Positions 12,273 to 26,180 are shown, numbered from the stretch's first letter. The stretch: 64,000 nucleotides of DNA from Paramecium tetraurelia (GCA_000165425.1 CT868060.1:124001-188000), one strand, 5' to 3'. Translations and numbers: made by a program. The notes: generated from the letters alone by a model not told the origin.

Positions 12273-14666
12273 ATGCATCACCGAGATGATAATGATCCAT
12301 ATAGTACGGCCATCGTAGAAGATCTGCTGTAGGTAGAATGCATTATAGTAAACCTTAGTCTTAATCTGAATGGAAAAATATCAATGATATTATCAGATTG
12401 ACATTTAAGGCTTTAACGGATGTTGTAAAATCTCAAGGAGAAAGTATTCGAGAAATCGAGAAGCAACTTTCAACAAGAGCATCTAAAAACGAACTTCATT
12501 CGGGATTAGCACTAAAAGCCAATATTAATGACATCTCAAGAACCATAGCAGAGATAGCTGCCAATCTTGATACCAAAATTACATACGAAGATTCTCAAGT
12601 TTTATTGAAGGATTACGTGTTGAAAGCAGACATGCAGTATTTGTTGAGCAAGTATAATGTTTGAAAGATGATTTTCTTAGCAAAATTGATGTCGACGAGA
12701 TGAAGCAATTGTTAGAAAAATAATAAGCAGGAGAATTCAAAGGAGAAATGTAAAATATGAAACACAAAATCGAAGAACTACAAACACAGATCTCCAAGAA
12801 ATTCTAACAAGTTCCAAGCATGAAAGATTTTTCACAATTGTCTTAACATGTAGAACTTAAAGCCAATCTATAAGAAATGAATGAATTACTAGAAACCAAG
12901 GCTAGCAAACATTAAGTGCAATAAGCAGTAAATAAAAAAATCAGCAAATAAGAATTAGATCAGATTTTGTAAAATTACTCATCTCTAGAAGACCTATAAC
13001 CAATCATCTAAAATCTAGATTAGAAGGCATCCTTAGATTAAATTGACAAGATTGCCTCAATTTTAGAAGTCAAAGTGGATAGATAAGATTTCTCAATCCT
13101 GATCAATTCATTACAAAACAAGGCTGAAACACATCAATTAGAAGTGATTAAAGAACAATAATAAGAATTAAAAAATGTTGTGGAATCCAGATTACAAGAC
13201 AACAATTCTATTATGATTGAAATGAAACAATAAGTTGATGGAGTAACTAAACAATTAAACAAGAAAGCTGATAATAAGGAATTCGATAAATACATGCAAT
13301 CCATAAACTCACTTTAGGGAGAATTGGATGGCTATTCTTAAAGATTTAATAAGTTTTCTCAAGAGATCATCTCAGACCTTGATCGATTGAGGAATGAGAT
13401 CTTAGAATCTAAATAATTCACAAGTGAACAGATGCAAACTACTATAATGAAATCTACTCATTTATCTGAGAAATTGACAGAGGAATTGTACAACTTGTCT
13501 GAGAATATTAAACAAATGGATGATGACAAGAGAGAAGAATTAGATGATCTCAAAAAAATAGTTAATAATCTGAGGTTACAAAAAAAAGATATTTAATAAA
13601 AAGTAGACTAAATGCAAGAGTATCTAGACGAATTTAAATCCGATCAAGTGTTTAAACAATTATAAAGATAAGTTCAATAGATGAATAAAGTATTTTATTA
13701 TTATAATAAATAAAGGAAATAAGCGAAGTTAAAGCCAAGTAATTATCATATGAAGACGAATAACATATCTAAGTCTAAATTGAATAATAACTATAGAGGA
13801 GAGTTAATGAGATCAAGAAAACAGGTTCCAATCAAGATGGGGTTAAGAATATCAAATAAGAAGTCTCGTAAATTGTCACTAAAAAGATATCTTCATTTGA
13901 ATAACAATTAAATCAATTAGAGATTAATTTAAAATAGAGGGTCCTTTACTAAGACTTTGAAGAATTAAAAAATATTATCTAAAAATTATGTATTGATCAA
14001 GATGAAAGAGCTTATCAGAAGGATTTAACCAAACATATTTAGTTGACCAAATATACATTGGATTTAATATAAAAGGACATGATGCTCAAAGCTGGAATAT
14101 AAGACATGATTACCATCCTAGACACTAAAGCAAGTATTATATTAGTAACACTTAGACATTCCTGAAATCAATCAAGCCTTTGAAGCTATACATAATGATT
14201 TATAAACCAAAGTATCAGCAGATGATTTATCTAATTATCTCAAAAGCTAAAATTAAATCTATGAATCACTTTGCTAAGAAAACATTGTGGCTAGATTTTA
14301 GTGGAGATCAGGTGAAACACAAAATCATCTAATCCCTTGGGAATATGAAGTTATCAACACTTTACCAGAGAACTTTGTGTGGGAAAAAGGAAAAAGCTCT
14401 ATTTTAATTGTTGCCCCTGGGGTCTATCACATTGCCTACGCATTTTTCTCTAAAGAAAAATAAACTGTCTCAGTGCTTATCAATGGAGAGAACATTGCCA
14501 CCTTAGATCAAAAGAAGAAATCTTCAGAATATACTGGTATCGGCTTTTTAGTAATCCATAGGTTTAAATGCTCAAGACTTTATAGTTTTGCCAAATAGAG
14601 CTAGACTCTAAGTTAGTTATAGTGGAGGAAAAGGGGGAAGGGTTCCTTAGTTTAAAGAGACTGTGA
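12273..14666 (+). CDS. Coiled-coil protein with C-terminal C1q-like beta domain; terminal codons appear frameshifted by one extra G
   Basis: EWKNINDIIRLTFKALTDVVKSQG N-term; repeated KA-x-x-x-E/D coiled-coil; ARFQWRSG...IPWEYEVINTLPENFVWEKG...APGVYHI...VLINGE...LPNRARLQVSY; five small introns; family-like end GEGFLSLKRL* needs +1 shift at G-run 14633-14637 (otherwise stop at 14789-14791). Confidence 0.7.
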
Positions 14667-15572
14667 AAACCAATTCATATATTTAAGTCATTAATGTTAC
14701 ATTTTAATATTAATTTAATTTCAACTATGATTCATCATTTTCTGTTCGAAAATTGAAGTGGTAATGCAAACATCGAAATGATATCAAATGAATTAAGATA
14801 ACATATTATCCATATGTTAATTTGAAAATCAGTTGATATTTATGTTGGCAATAAATTGAAAATATAATTTAATCGTTTTTAAAAAATATAAATATTTGAA
14901 AACTATCTTTTCTTTTCTTGTTACCTTATTTTTATCAAAGAATTAGTTAATATTTATTTAGTTCCACTTAGTTTGATAATTTACTGTTGATTGGCCAAGC
15001 ATTCCTCACTCTGGAGTCATAGATGACATATTATTTACTATTATTTTTGAAACTGTTTTACCAATTAAATTTTAAAATATCCTTGTACTAATAAATAAAA
15101 GGCGAATGATATTTATATTTTGAAAAAGGAGATCAATAGAAGTTATAGCTATCCAAGTTGTAATATTATTGAGATAAATAATGCGAGAATTACACTCCTT
15201 CAAAGATGATGGTTCTTTAATACAATGTAGTAAAAAGAGGGTAGATTTCGCTTAATTGTCATGTTCAACTCAATTCTACATGAATATTCAATTTAAAATA
15301 ATTAAATTTCGCAAGCTTGGATATATAGAATTAGATTTGGGTATGAATATTGATAAAGGCACGACTATTGCGAATTCTCATCTTTGATTAGTTTATAAAG
15401 AAAGGTATTTAATTAGTAAATGTGTCTCTTCAAGGGGGGAATTAATTTTTAGTATTAAACACATTTTAATTTTTATGCTTTATAAATTAAATCACATCCG
15501 ATTAAACGCATTTTTCTAGTACAACTTGATTTTTAAATATGACAAACAAAATACACCAAATGATTTATAAAC

Positions 15573-16108
15573 TCAATGCAAAAATTAATTTATCACTGTT
15601 TGGATCTAGGATAACATAGGGATCAAAATGTTGGATAGGTCTTGGTGCATTTATGAATTTGCAACTAGAGTATCGAAGTATGATTCTTCCTTCTTGACAT
15701 TAAGATGAATATATTCTCTATAACTTTATATAAAAATGTATACTTTCCCAAGACATCATCCCATCTATATCTAAGATCCCTGTAGTATCTATTTTTGATT
15801 ACATTGATAGATTTTCCAGTGATTTTCTTGGCAATCTACTTGAATTTGGGTCCGAGAGTTAGAACAAGGTGTAATATTTTTTGATCTTCACTTAGTGTGA
15901 AATTTCTGGTTTTCCTCTTGATTTGATGTGATTTTTTGAGCTATTTGGAATTGTGTTTATGTAAGATTTGATGTGAGTGACATTCATTGGTTGAAAATGT
16001 AAGTTCGTCAGGTGCATGGAAGTAGGTTTTTTCAACGGATGCTGAGGGATTAGTAAGTTGGTTGGGTTTGTTTTTGGTTAATGTTGTTTTTTTACTTTGA
16101 CTATTCAT
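15573..16108 (-). CDS. Single-repeat Myb/SANT-domain protein
   Basis: RNFTLSEDQKILHLVLTLGPKFKQIAKKITGKSINVIKNRYYRDLRYRWDDVLG; 26-nt intron after VLG. Confidence 0.85.
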
Positions 16109-16212
16109 ATTTAATGCAGTTTACTATGAGATGGAATTACTTATTTTTTATGTATTTTTTAATTTGACTATATCGGTTGTGACAAAATTTAAATGCAATT
16201 AATTTAACTGAT

Positions 16213-16220
16213 GCGCCAAA
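16213..16220 (-). promoter_or_regulatory. Candidate E2F-type site TTTGGCGC ~105 bp upstream of the Myb gene
   Basis: Plus strand gcgccaaa = exact TTTSSCGC consensus on the minus strand, in AT-rich intergenic DNA; function untested. Confidence 0.25.
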
Positions 16221-16325
16221 GAGGAGATAGAGGAGATGACACAGATGAGGAATCATATGATTAAGAAAGTAGAACGAAAAAAGAAAGTCAAAATAATGAT
16301 TTTATTGTGAAATTGATTAATACTC

Positions 16326-19300
16326 TCAAATTAATAGGAGGAGGATCGTAATTAGAAGAATGTTTATAATGGTTTAGAAGCACTGTTTACACTAGTTTTC
16401 AACGTTGTGATAGACATGGCCTGTGTTGACAAAGCATTAAGTGGGAGTCTGATTATAGGACGCTGCATCTGATAAGGGAGCACCTCTACACTCATTATAG
16501 TTGAAATCCCAGTAACAAAGAGCGATATTGATAGGTGAATAGGAGGTGTATACATAGGTGCAGTCAGATTGACTAGTATAGGAGTTGCAAGATTGGGTGA
16601 TACAGGAATTCAGGACAACACTCCATTGACACCTGTTTGTTTATAGGCTACAAAGAGCTACATCAGTAATCTGGTTGCAATTGTCAATAGTCTTGCACTT
16701 TTTATTGTTCTCATTCCAAACACAGACTTCTGAATTATACTCTTGGCATTCAGTTTGATTCAAGTAACTGCATTAGGTGGGGGCACTACAATTATTAGTA
16801 GAATTTGAATTATGGGAAGCATTTAGAGTTAATACTGGACAATTGATTGAGGTAGTGTAGCAATCGAGAGCAGATTTGGGATTGGTGATGTTCTTGCATC
16901 CAGCAGCAGTTGAACTAGGTTTTGATGAATATTTATAGCAAGTGGATCCAATATAAATACAATTTTGGTTAACGACGCATTAATATTTAGAGGTAATTGA
17001 CGAGCAATCTTATATAGCACATTTAGAGGAAGTAAAATTGTAAGAGCATTGAGGGGAAGCCTATTGGCACTCGGCTTCGGACAATTCTGCACATGAGCAA
17101 ACGGAATCGAATGATAGTGATGTAGCATATTGATTACAGGTTGTACAATGACCACTGTCTGCTGAGGTGGATATCCATCGTGACATCATAAAGGTATTGG
17201 TGTAGCAATTGGTTGAATTTAAAGTAGTAAAGATATTTTTAGCTGTTTGACATCCTACAGTTGGTGACCATTAACATTAAATTACGCTCGAAGGTGATGG
17301 AGTAGATAAGGTAGTCAAGACATAAGTGCATTCTAATTGATTGTTAATGATATTGCATTAAGTAGTAATACATGAGCCTTGGGTTGCTTGTCCTGTTGGT
17401 TATTACCAGTAGCAATAATGAATGAGTTCTTGACATCTAGTTTATGATTTAATATCTGAACAAATAGTGGCTAAAGTGCATTGTTAAGTGGTAGTATTAA
17501 ATAAACAAATACCATTTTAAGTAATAGTGTTTTCACATTTTGAAGCAGAGGGTGTTTCTGAAACAGTACTACATTGAGTTGCTGTTTGGGCACAAAAATA
17601 CTTATCTTTAAGTGATGTCTTTGCATTAGCAGTTGCTGCACAAAATTAAGAATAACTAGCACATTCTCCAGAATTGATACCTACTAGATCTGAACATTTT
17701 GTAAATGGTTGACATAGTTCTTAAGTTGCTGACCATGAGCATCTAGGATTGGTACTACAAATTTCCTGTAAAACAATTTCAGAACATGGCTTATTATAGC
17801 AACTTGGTGTATACTATGCAGTTGAATAAGAGCAAGTAGGATTTGATAAACAATCATTCTTGTAGATCAATTAATTACAAGCACATTGTCCAGGAACATA
17901 AAGAGAATTCAACAAACATTTAGTACAATAACCATCACTATTACTACCTTGAACCCATCTATATGTGTATCCTGTATTGACTGAACAAGTCATTGAATTC
18001 AATAATGAAGATGTAATCATATTAATGCAACTTTGTGACACTGTTGACCATTGACATAATTAGAGCTCCCCTGTCAAGAAAGAGGAAATCACATACTTGC
18101 ATGATGCTGGACTTTTGAAATAATCACACGTAAGTTACTAGCATTAGTCATCTACAAGTACACACAGATTTTTGTAGTAACTGCAAATTTTGGGAATAAA
18201 TATATCAGAACATATTGATATTGCCTAACATGATGCTTTCCCAGCCAAATTCCATAGGCAAGGACCATCAGATCCAAAGTTGCCATTACAAGTGCTTGGA
18301 CTCTATTATGCAGTACAAGTATAAGTGGGATATTAAGTGCATGTTTATCCATTGTAACCTTTGCATTAGATTGAATAACTCAGACAATTTTCTAGGTTAA
18401 TTCCTAATCCAGATATCGAATTGCATGAAGTGAAATTTTCACAAACACCATTTCTCCATCCACAACCTACAGTTTGAGCACATGCTTGATTAGTGTAAAT
18501 GTTGGCACAAGTTTGTACATTGCATGTACCGTTGTTCCAAACACATGATCGTGGTGAGTCTGAACATTCATTTTAGGTCATGTATTAATAACATTAACAG
18601 ATGGTAGGTGAGTATAATGGAACCATGTTTGCAGAACAAGAATAGCAAATTCCTCCATCTCTATTCTAATTTGGCATCCATCTTGCTGTTTTGTTGGTAT
18701 TTCTAAAACATTGGTTTGAAGGCAAAGCAAACGGATCTTGTATTGGAGCACATTGATTATTAATCAATTAGCAAATCTATAAATTGTTGATGAATGTTAA
18801 GCTCATAACATAAGTGCAATATCCAAATTATTAGTAGAGTGTGCCACATGTTAAAGCTTAGCAAATTGTCTAATCCCAATAACAAGACGTTGAGCTGAAT
18901 CTGCACTCAGATTCTGACAGTTGGTTACAAGCTTAGTAAGCAATGCATTTCATCTATTGATTATTCCAAAAGCAAACTCCATCCCGTCCTTTAGCTGTAG
19001 AGATACATGAAGCTTATTAGGTATTCTCTTAGCAATTATTTAATGATTTGGTGCATTAGGTTCCATTGCTACCAATGCAATAAATATTTTGTGCCATACA
19101 TTAATATTGAGAGCTGCCTTGTAAATTACTACATTGTCCATTGAATACTTGGCACTAATTGTTGTTCCACATACAACCTATTTGAGATGCACATACAGTT
19201 TTCTATAATATTTATGGACATTCTAATTGTTGGCAAAAGGAATTATTCCAGTAACATTCCAAGGCTTAAAAACAATCATATTAACTTAGAAATGTGCAAT

Positions 19301-21611
19301 CGCACTAATTGGGAAGAGTGACTTACTTCTAACATTTCACACAATATCCTTACGAAATTGACACCCAACTATACGTATTATAAGTATTTAATGAGCATGT
19401 ATTTTAATTTAATGTAGTTAAAATATCATCAGCTATCAAGCATGTATTATTACTGGTATTCCAGTAACATGGGATGATTTCAGATGAGAGTGGGCTGGGT
19501 AGATAGAATTTGCAATTTAACTCTGTTAGGAATGATGCACAAGTAATTTATAAACACTGATTATTTATAGTGTTCCATTAACAAGAGAATTGATTTCTTA
19601 AACACAGAGTCGCATTCTAAGCAAGAGCACATTAAGAGAATCCAAAGCACTAGGTAGTTTAACCAGTAGTGCTCAAGAAACACACTCCATCAGTACCTAT
19701 GTTATTATAACAACTGCCATCGGCTGTGTACATGGCTGAACAAGTGGAGGTTGGGTAGGATTGACAGATCTGGTTACTGATTCCATTACATGAAGCATTC
19801 ATACTGACACACTCTAATTGATTGGCAGCTGGTGGTAAATCAGAACAACTAGTGAATGGTGCACAGTAATTGTTATTCCAATAGCAAGTACTTAATAAAG
19901 CACAAGTAATCTAATTTTCAAATGAAGTGCAAGGTGAGGGCTAACAAATATTAGATGCTTTGTTGAATGTGCAGAATCCTGAGTTGTTACAATTGTCTTA
20001 AGACTAAAACTATTAGCATTGGCACGAAGATGGTGTTTAAAATGGCAATTGATTGGTGCTACATGAAACACACATCCCTGCAGATGCATTATTGGTACTC
20101 CATCTAAAAGTGTTTCCTGTAGCATTAACACAAGTCTTTGAAGTTTACAATAGTGCAGAATAAGCATTTTCGCAAGTTCCTTGAGTTCCTATTGAACTGT
20201 TCCATCTGCACAATTAATATTGCGTTTATTAGAATTGTGTGAGAACATAGGTACAATTGTTTTGGTTTGTGATCATTGCACAGGTCATTTATTAGCATTA
20301 TGAAATTGATGCATTCCAAGTGCATTAATTCTACCAACTTCCACAAATTGGAGCATCAGTTATCTGACTACAGTATTATAATAGTGAACATGAACTATTT
20401 GAAACATTCCAAACACATAGACCCTAATTGCTTATGAATTATGAGCAAGTTTCTTGATTCGGTTAATTACTGCAAGTAGGAACTATGGCTGATGTACTGT
20501 TACAAATTCCTCCTGTATAACCAGCACATTATAAACTTTAAGCTGCACATCCAATTGCACTCACTTTAAATGTTAGATCAGTGCAATTATTCAAAGTTTG
20601 GCATGAATAGCCATTAAAGTTCCAATAACAACCAGAGATTGTTATGCAAATATTTTAAGTTAATATTTTGGAACAGGTATTAAATGTGCAAGTTTGAGTT
20701 TATGTATTCCAATAGCATAAACTCTGTTGTGAATTGCAATCAGTTTCTAGGACATAGTCAGTACAAGTACATTAGGTTCTAGTTATTAATTACACTTGTT
20801 TGCAGGGACCACAGAAACCTTAAGTAGGGTTATTTTATTATCCATACCATCTAAAGAGTAGACCTGTATTCGACAAGCAATTCTATTAATTCAAATTATT
20901 AAGGTAGGTCACAGGAACACATGAGGGGGGAGTGGTATTTTAAGACCAATAACAGACATTCAATATGATTGAGTTCAAACTTGTAAAATAGTGTTTGCAA
21001 GTGTCTTCACTATTGAATTGATTACAACTTGAAATAGCTTGGCATTACATAGTAGCTGAGTTCCATTGGCATACCATTCCTTAGGGATATTCGGATTTGA
21101 AATAATTGAGTTAATAGCATTAATCTTGTTAAGTAGCCATGGAACAATTATTGATTACTTGACATTTATTATCAGTCCAATAACAGGGTCCATCTTTACC
21201 AAAGTTGTAGGAGCAAATAGCTTATGGGAATTCAATGCATTTGGAAGTAATTTGATTATAGTATAAACACTATTTGGATTTAGAATTAAATCCTAGGCAG
21301 CGAACATTTTATTAGAGACATTGCTAATTATCAGTAGCTACTAAATTTTCACATGATTGAAATGATGAACATGAAGGAGTGTCTGCTGTGAAGTTCCATT
21401 GGCAATATTACGAAGCCTTTAAACATGAAGATTGATTTAGCGATAAGCAACTCTATTACGAGCATGAGTTGTTTGCCCATTAACAACCTGGTAATGTGTT
21501 ACAATCATGTTGATTTGTTAATTGCGTACAACCACAGATGGTTTATGATGTGACCTAAACTTAAGATGTTCCTAAGCCTATCAAAATAGCTATTAGGATA
21601 TATGCTTTCAT
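16326..21611 (-). CDS. 1761-aa GPI-type Cys-rich surface protein made of 7 tandem mini-antigen-like modules
   Basis: Signal peptide MKAYILIAILIGLGTS; 5286 nt divisible by 3; module starts CxC...C near 21536, 20771, 20024, 19304, 18599, 17885, 17099; recurrent G-x-D-G-x-C-x-W; ends CKQCFQTIINILLITILLLLI*. Confidence 0.85.
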
Positions 21612-21855
21612 TAATTATAATAATGATAAATCCAATTCATATTTTATTAAATCTAATTTCTACTTTCACTACTTAAAATAAATAATTATAACCAAATTCC
21701 CAATTCCCAATTCTCTATTTGAACCCTCTCTTAAATCAAACAAACTGCTCCAATCACCCTTAGTACTAAGTATTCTCATCCACTCCTCTATCTTTTCATA
21801 ACCAGAATTATATAATAATATTTATATTGTCATCCAATTATATATATAAAATTAA

Positions 21856-22815
21856 TCATTTAGAATCTGTAGGAAGCAACACCACTTTGGTTGATCCCTA
21901 CTATCCCAAGGTTGTTATAGTATCTAAATATCTGATTTGCATAGCTGCCTTCGAATCCAACAACTCTGCTGCCTACCTCATCAATTTGGCTGATTGCACA
22001 TCTCCTTAAGCTGAAATCACCTTGGCTTAAGCAGCTCTCTGTTCCTTGGCTGCCATGGACAAAGTATTCTGTAGATCAGCATTCAATTGAATATCCTTGA
22101 TTAACATGTTTTCTATGTCTATTCCCCATTCCCACACATGCTCATCCACAAAGCCCTCTATTTATTGTTGCACTTCTGCTCTCTTCTCCAAGAGATCCTA
22201 CAAAGTGTGTGATCCTGCAATGCTCTTTATTGTAGCCAATGTTAATTAAGTCACTGCTTAATGCAAATCGTTGATGTAGAAGATGGATCTCCTAGGTATG
22301 ACTATTCGATAGTAAACCGTTGCATCGATGCTAACTAGAATGTTATCTTTTGTCATCACTTGTTATCTTGGGCAATCGATCATCTAAACCTTGCAATCCA
22401 CCTTCTATATTGTGTCAGTGCATGGATTTATGTATATCAATCCCGGTTAAACTATGCTATTCGAATTTGTATACCTGTCTTTATGTACTTACCAAAACGT
22501 AAATACACTCCGACAAAGCTCTACTCAACTTGAACATACGGGTATTCAACACATGGATTGCATGGACAAACTGCCTTACAATTACCACAGCATTCCCCAC
22601 AATTATACAGGTAACTCTAATATGAACCACCCAAATCCAAATTCTGCTCTTGATTCTCAGGCAACTCTTCTCTGGGATACCTTGGTGCTTTGTAACCTTA
22701 AATATTAATGGATCCTAGTAATACCTGGGGGAGGAATATTGTAATCCCGATGCTATGGTGCCTGGATTTATTAATTTGGTTGTTACTGATACATTACCTA
22801 GTTTTGTTAATACAT
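21856..22815 (-). CDS. Stomatin-like SPFH/Band-7 protein with Cys-rich N-terminus
   Basis: RFGKYIKTVQPGLIYINP...QQVMTKDNILVSIDATVYYRI...EWGIDIENMLIKDIQL...AAKEQRAAQAKVISAQGDVQSAKLMRQAAELLDSKAAMQIRYLD; two introns. Confidence 0.92.
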
Positions 22816-22987
22816 AAATTTAATATTGAGATTATTTGGAATAAAGAGAATACTCTAATACTAGAATTATCAATGGATTGGCGTCTACTCCTTATATAAA
22901 TTGATTCTCAATTAACCTAGATTTGCAGTTTTCTGTATTTAAAATACCCATTATTTAATATATACATTTAACGAATATTATTTTCAA

Positions 22988-24409
22988 ATGATCAATTCTC
23001 AAACCAAAAAGAAATTGCTTAAACTCTTCAACAAATTGGAAGAATTCGAAGTTCATTCAGAATCTATGAGACAAATCCTCTGTCAATAGGATGAATTCGA
23101 ACCCTACTCAGTTTTCAAGAAAATCTCCAATGCTGGACACATCGGCTCATCAGAGATCTACTAATTATTGCAATAGAATGGATTGATAGTACAACTGGAA
23201 CAAGTCAATCCAATAGTCAAATGGTATTCACAGAAATGTGACAACCGACTCACCTATGCTGACTTCTTGCAGATAGTCCTCCCAGCAAATAATCTCGAGT
23301 TAAGAAAACTAGTCTCACAAAAACCCACCTTTGCTAAGGATATCTCCTACGAAATAGAGTATGGAGTATGCAGAATATTCTACAAAGAAATTCAAATCGC
23401 CGATGAAATTCAGGCTTACAAACAAGACCTCGTCCAGTCTCCTGATTTTGATTATCGAATAGCCTTCCAAACCATAGATTAATTCAACTCAGGATTCATA
23501 CAATTGGATCTATTAGAACACTTCGTCGATCGGGATTGCAGTGCCTTAATGAGAAGACTAGATTAGAATCGAGATAGTTAGATCGACCTTGAGGATTTCA
23601 GAATTGCACTTGAACCTCAATATGGAAATGTGTATTCTCAGAAATCATCAGCCTCAGCTGTGACTTCAGTCAAGCAGATCGAAACTCAAAATCAGTTTCC
23701 AAATAGAAGAGCCAAGCAGAGTGTGGCCAAACACATTGATAGAAACAAAAAGATTGTGCAATAGAAGAAAGTTTAGTGTTACGATATGGATTATTTGGCA
23801 GAGGCCTTGAAGATCATTTCAGAATTAGAATATGAGAATGAATTTAGGAAGGAGGAGTTGGGATATCTGTAATATGACTTTCTGGAATTGTTCTCATTCT
23901 TCGATTAAGATAAGACTGGCAAGTTGGCTCCAGGAGATGTCAAAGCAGCCTTAGAGGAATTGGAAATATACCCAACCTAATCATAGTTATATTTGTGGAT
24001 GAAAAGATACGACATCGACAGAGATGGCAAATGGAATGTCAGGGAATTCTTGGGTGCTTTCAAACCAATAAACTACTAGAAAATCAACATCAGACAGTTG
24101 GATAAGGAAATACTGAATGCAGTTAAGAATGTCATCAAAACTGAAATTGAGAATGAAGTTGCCATCGAATGTATCAGAAAGAAGTTATCACAAAGACCAA
24201 ACTTTAATCTCAAATCCTTGTTTGCTGTGATCACTTCCAATCAAATTATAGTTGAATAGGAATTAAGGACCTTCCTTGAGAATCACGGAGTCTATTTGGA
24301 CGAAAAAAACAGGGAACTATTAATGAGAAGATTTGATAGAAATGAACAATAGTACATTACTTATAGTGACTTCCTTAATGAAATGCAGCCAAAATAACCT
24401 AAACACTGA
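22988..24409 (+). CDS. Multi-EF-hand calcium-binding protein (ciliate family), 473 aa, no intron needed
   Basis: EF loops DQFNSGFITI, DQNRDSQIDLEDF, DQDKTGKLAPGD, DIDRDGKWNVREF, DRNEQQYITYSDF; repeated E..RQ.L...FEPY motif. Confidence 0.85.
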
Positions 24410-25590
24410 TTTATCTGTATTTTCATTTTTCATTTTATTATGAAATTTATTATAATTTATAAATATAAATACTCCAAAAAAATAAACGTTATTTTTTCAT
24501 ATCAATTCTATATTTTGGCTTTGTTTACTATTCTAAGAAATGTACGACTTCTTAAAAAGATCACCCGAATTGCAAAATTATCTCAGCAATTCAAGACAAG
24601 GAACTAAGAAACCATTTTAAGTATTGATATACGTTATTTACATTTATGATTTTGCTAATGTATCTATTTATTTTCTAAAAGTCTATGGGAACTATGGTAA
24701 CCACTCTTTATCGACCTCAATTTGTTGAAAAACCTTTTGCTTGCTAATCAATTGCGGGAAATGGAGATGCTTGAATTAATAAATAAATAATATTAATTAA
24801 ATATAAATTCATAATTTTACAACAAGCTATGTTTTGAATTGCAAATGCCATCAAAATCAAATACTCTCGAGTTTACTAAATCTAGGAGTCTCACTTATCC
24901 ATGCACAACCCAGTCTTTTAAAGGTAACTTCATTAATAGACAAGAAAAAAAAGAAGAAAAGCAAAAGATATAGAATTTATTTACTTAGTTTGATACAATT
25001 AAAGCTTCACCATAGCTATCACCCAACTGATGGCTTTCATCTCACAGTGTTGTTTTAACAAAATGGTAGAAAATAAAAAAGTAATTATATAAGTAAATGC
25101 CAGATAAGTTTACACTAAGTTTAAATTCTGAAAACCATCATAGTTATATGGTTATTCGTATTTGGATACGGAGGAACTCTAACTTGGATAAAATTATTAA
25201 AGCAAAACAAAGTTAGCAAATAAATTGTGACCACTACGACGTTTATTAATTACGTATATTAAGTCAATATAATTATTTAGTTATTAAATTCATTTATGAA
25301 AGCTAATAAACTCCTTTTGATAATAATGACAATTTTTAGAAGAATACTCAATTATTAAAAGGATGTAAATATCATTCTCATATATAATACATTATAATAA
25401 ATTAATAATATAACTTGTTACCGGCCTAGTAATATGTAGTAATTGTAAATACCTTTACTAACTGAACAATTAATTAATCTTAAATAAATAATACTTAGAC
25501 TGTATTAATATGTCTTAATTCAAAAGATATTATGAATTTTCTTTATATATATCCCTAGTGAGTACAAAGCTAAATTTCATATTAATTTTA

Positions 25591-26180
25591 ATGTAAGTTT
25601 GCGCCACAGAGCAAAGTTTCATCGATTTCTTGCAACTGGAAAATGACGGGAGTTAGTTTGAAGAAAATTCTTCTCAATTAATTATCTCAAATCAAGAGAA
25701 TCCTTCGTTAACTTAGATAGCTGATTTAAATCTTAGGCCTTCCAGTCATCAAGCCAAAAAGATAAAGAGAAGGAAGCGAGTTGACTTCCACTATAAAAGA
25801 AAGAGAAGAAGCAATAAAAATTCTGAATTGAATAACACTGCTCCGTTTAACTTCAATGAAGATCAAAAAATATTGTCCCTCGTACTTGAGCACGGGCCGA
25901 AGTTCTCAGTTGTTTCGAGGTACTTTAATGATAGAAATCAAAATGCCATCAAGAACAGGTATTATAAATACCTTCGATTCAGGTGGGATCAAGTACTAGG
26001 AAAGTAAGAAGAGTATTCTATATTATTTCTAGTGACTATCTACATCTTAATTGTCGTAAAGAAGGGGAGCAATATCCTAACCAGGACATCGAATAAACTA
26101 TATAGGAGATGAATTTCTTCCCTGAAGTTACAGACATTTTGTCATCCTTCGTTCAACGAGTCCATTCTTATTTTAATTGA
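25591..26180 (+). CDS. Single-repeat Myb/SANT-domain protein, paralog of 15573-16108
   Basis: PFNFNEDQKILSLVLEHGPKFSVVSRYFNDRNQNAIKNRYYKYLRFRWDQVLG; basic NLS-like stretch; intron at the same position and phase as in the paralog. Confidence 0.85.

Noticed and set aside
21691..21714. ccaaattcccaattcccaattc resembling telomeric C4A2/C3A3 repeats
   Set aside because: Only two to three degenerate 7-mers; does not match the hexamer telomere array.
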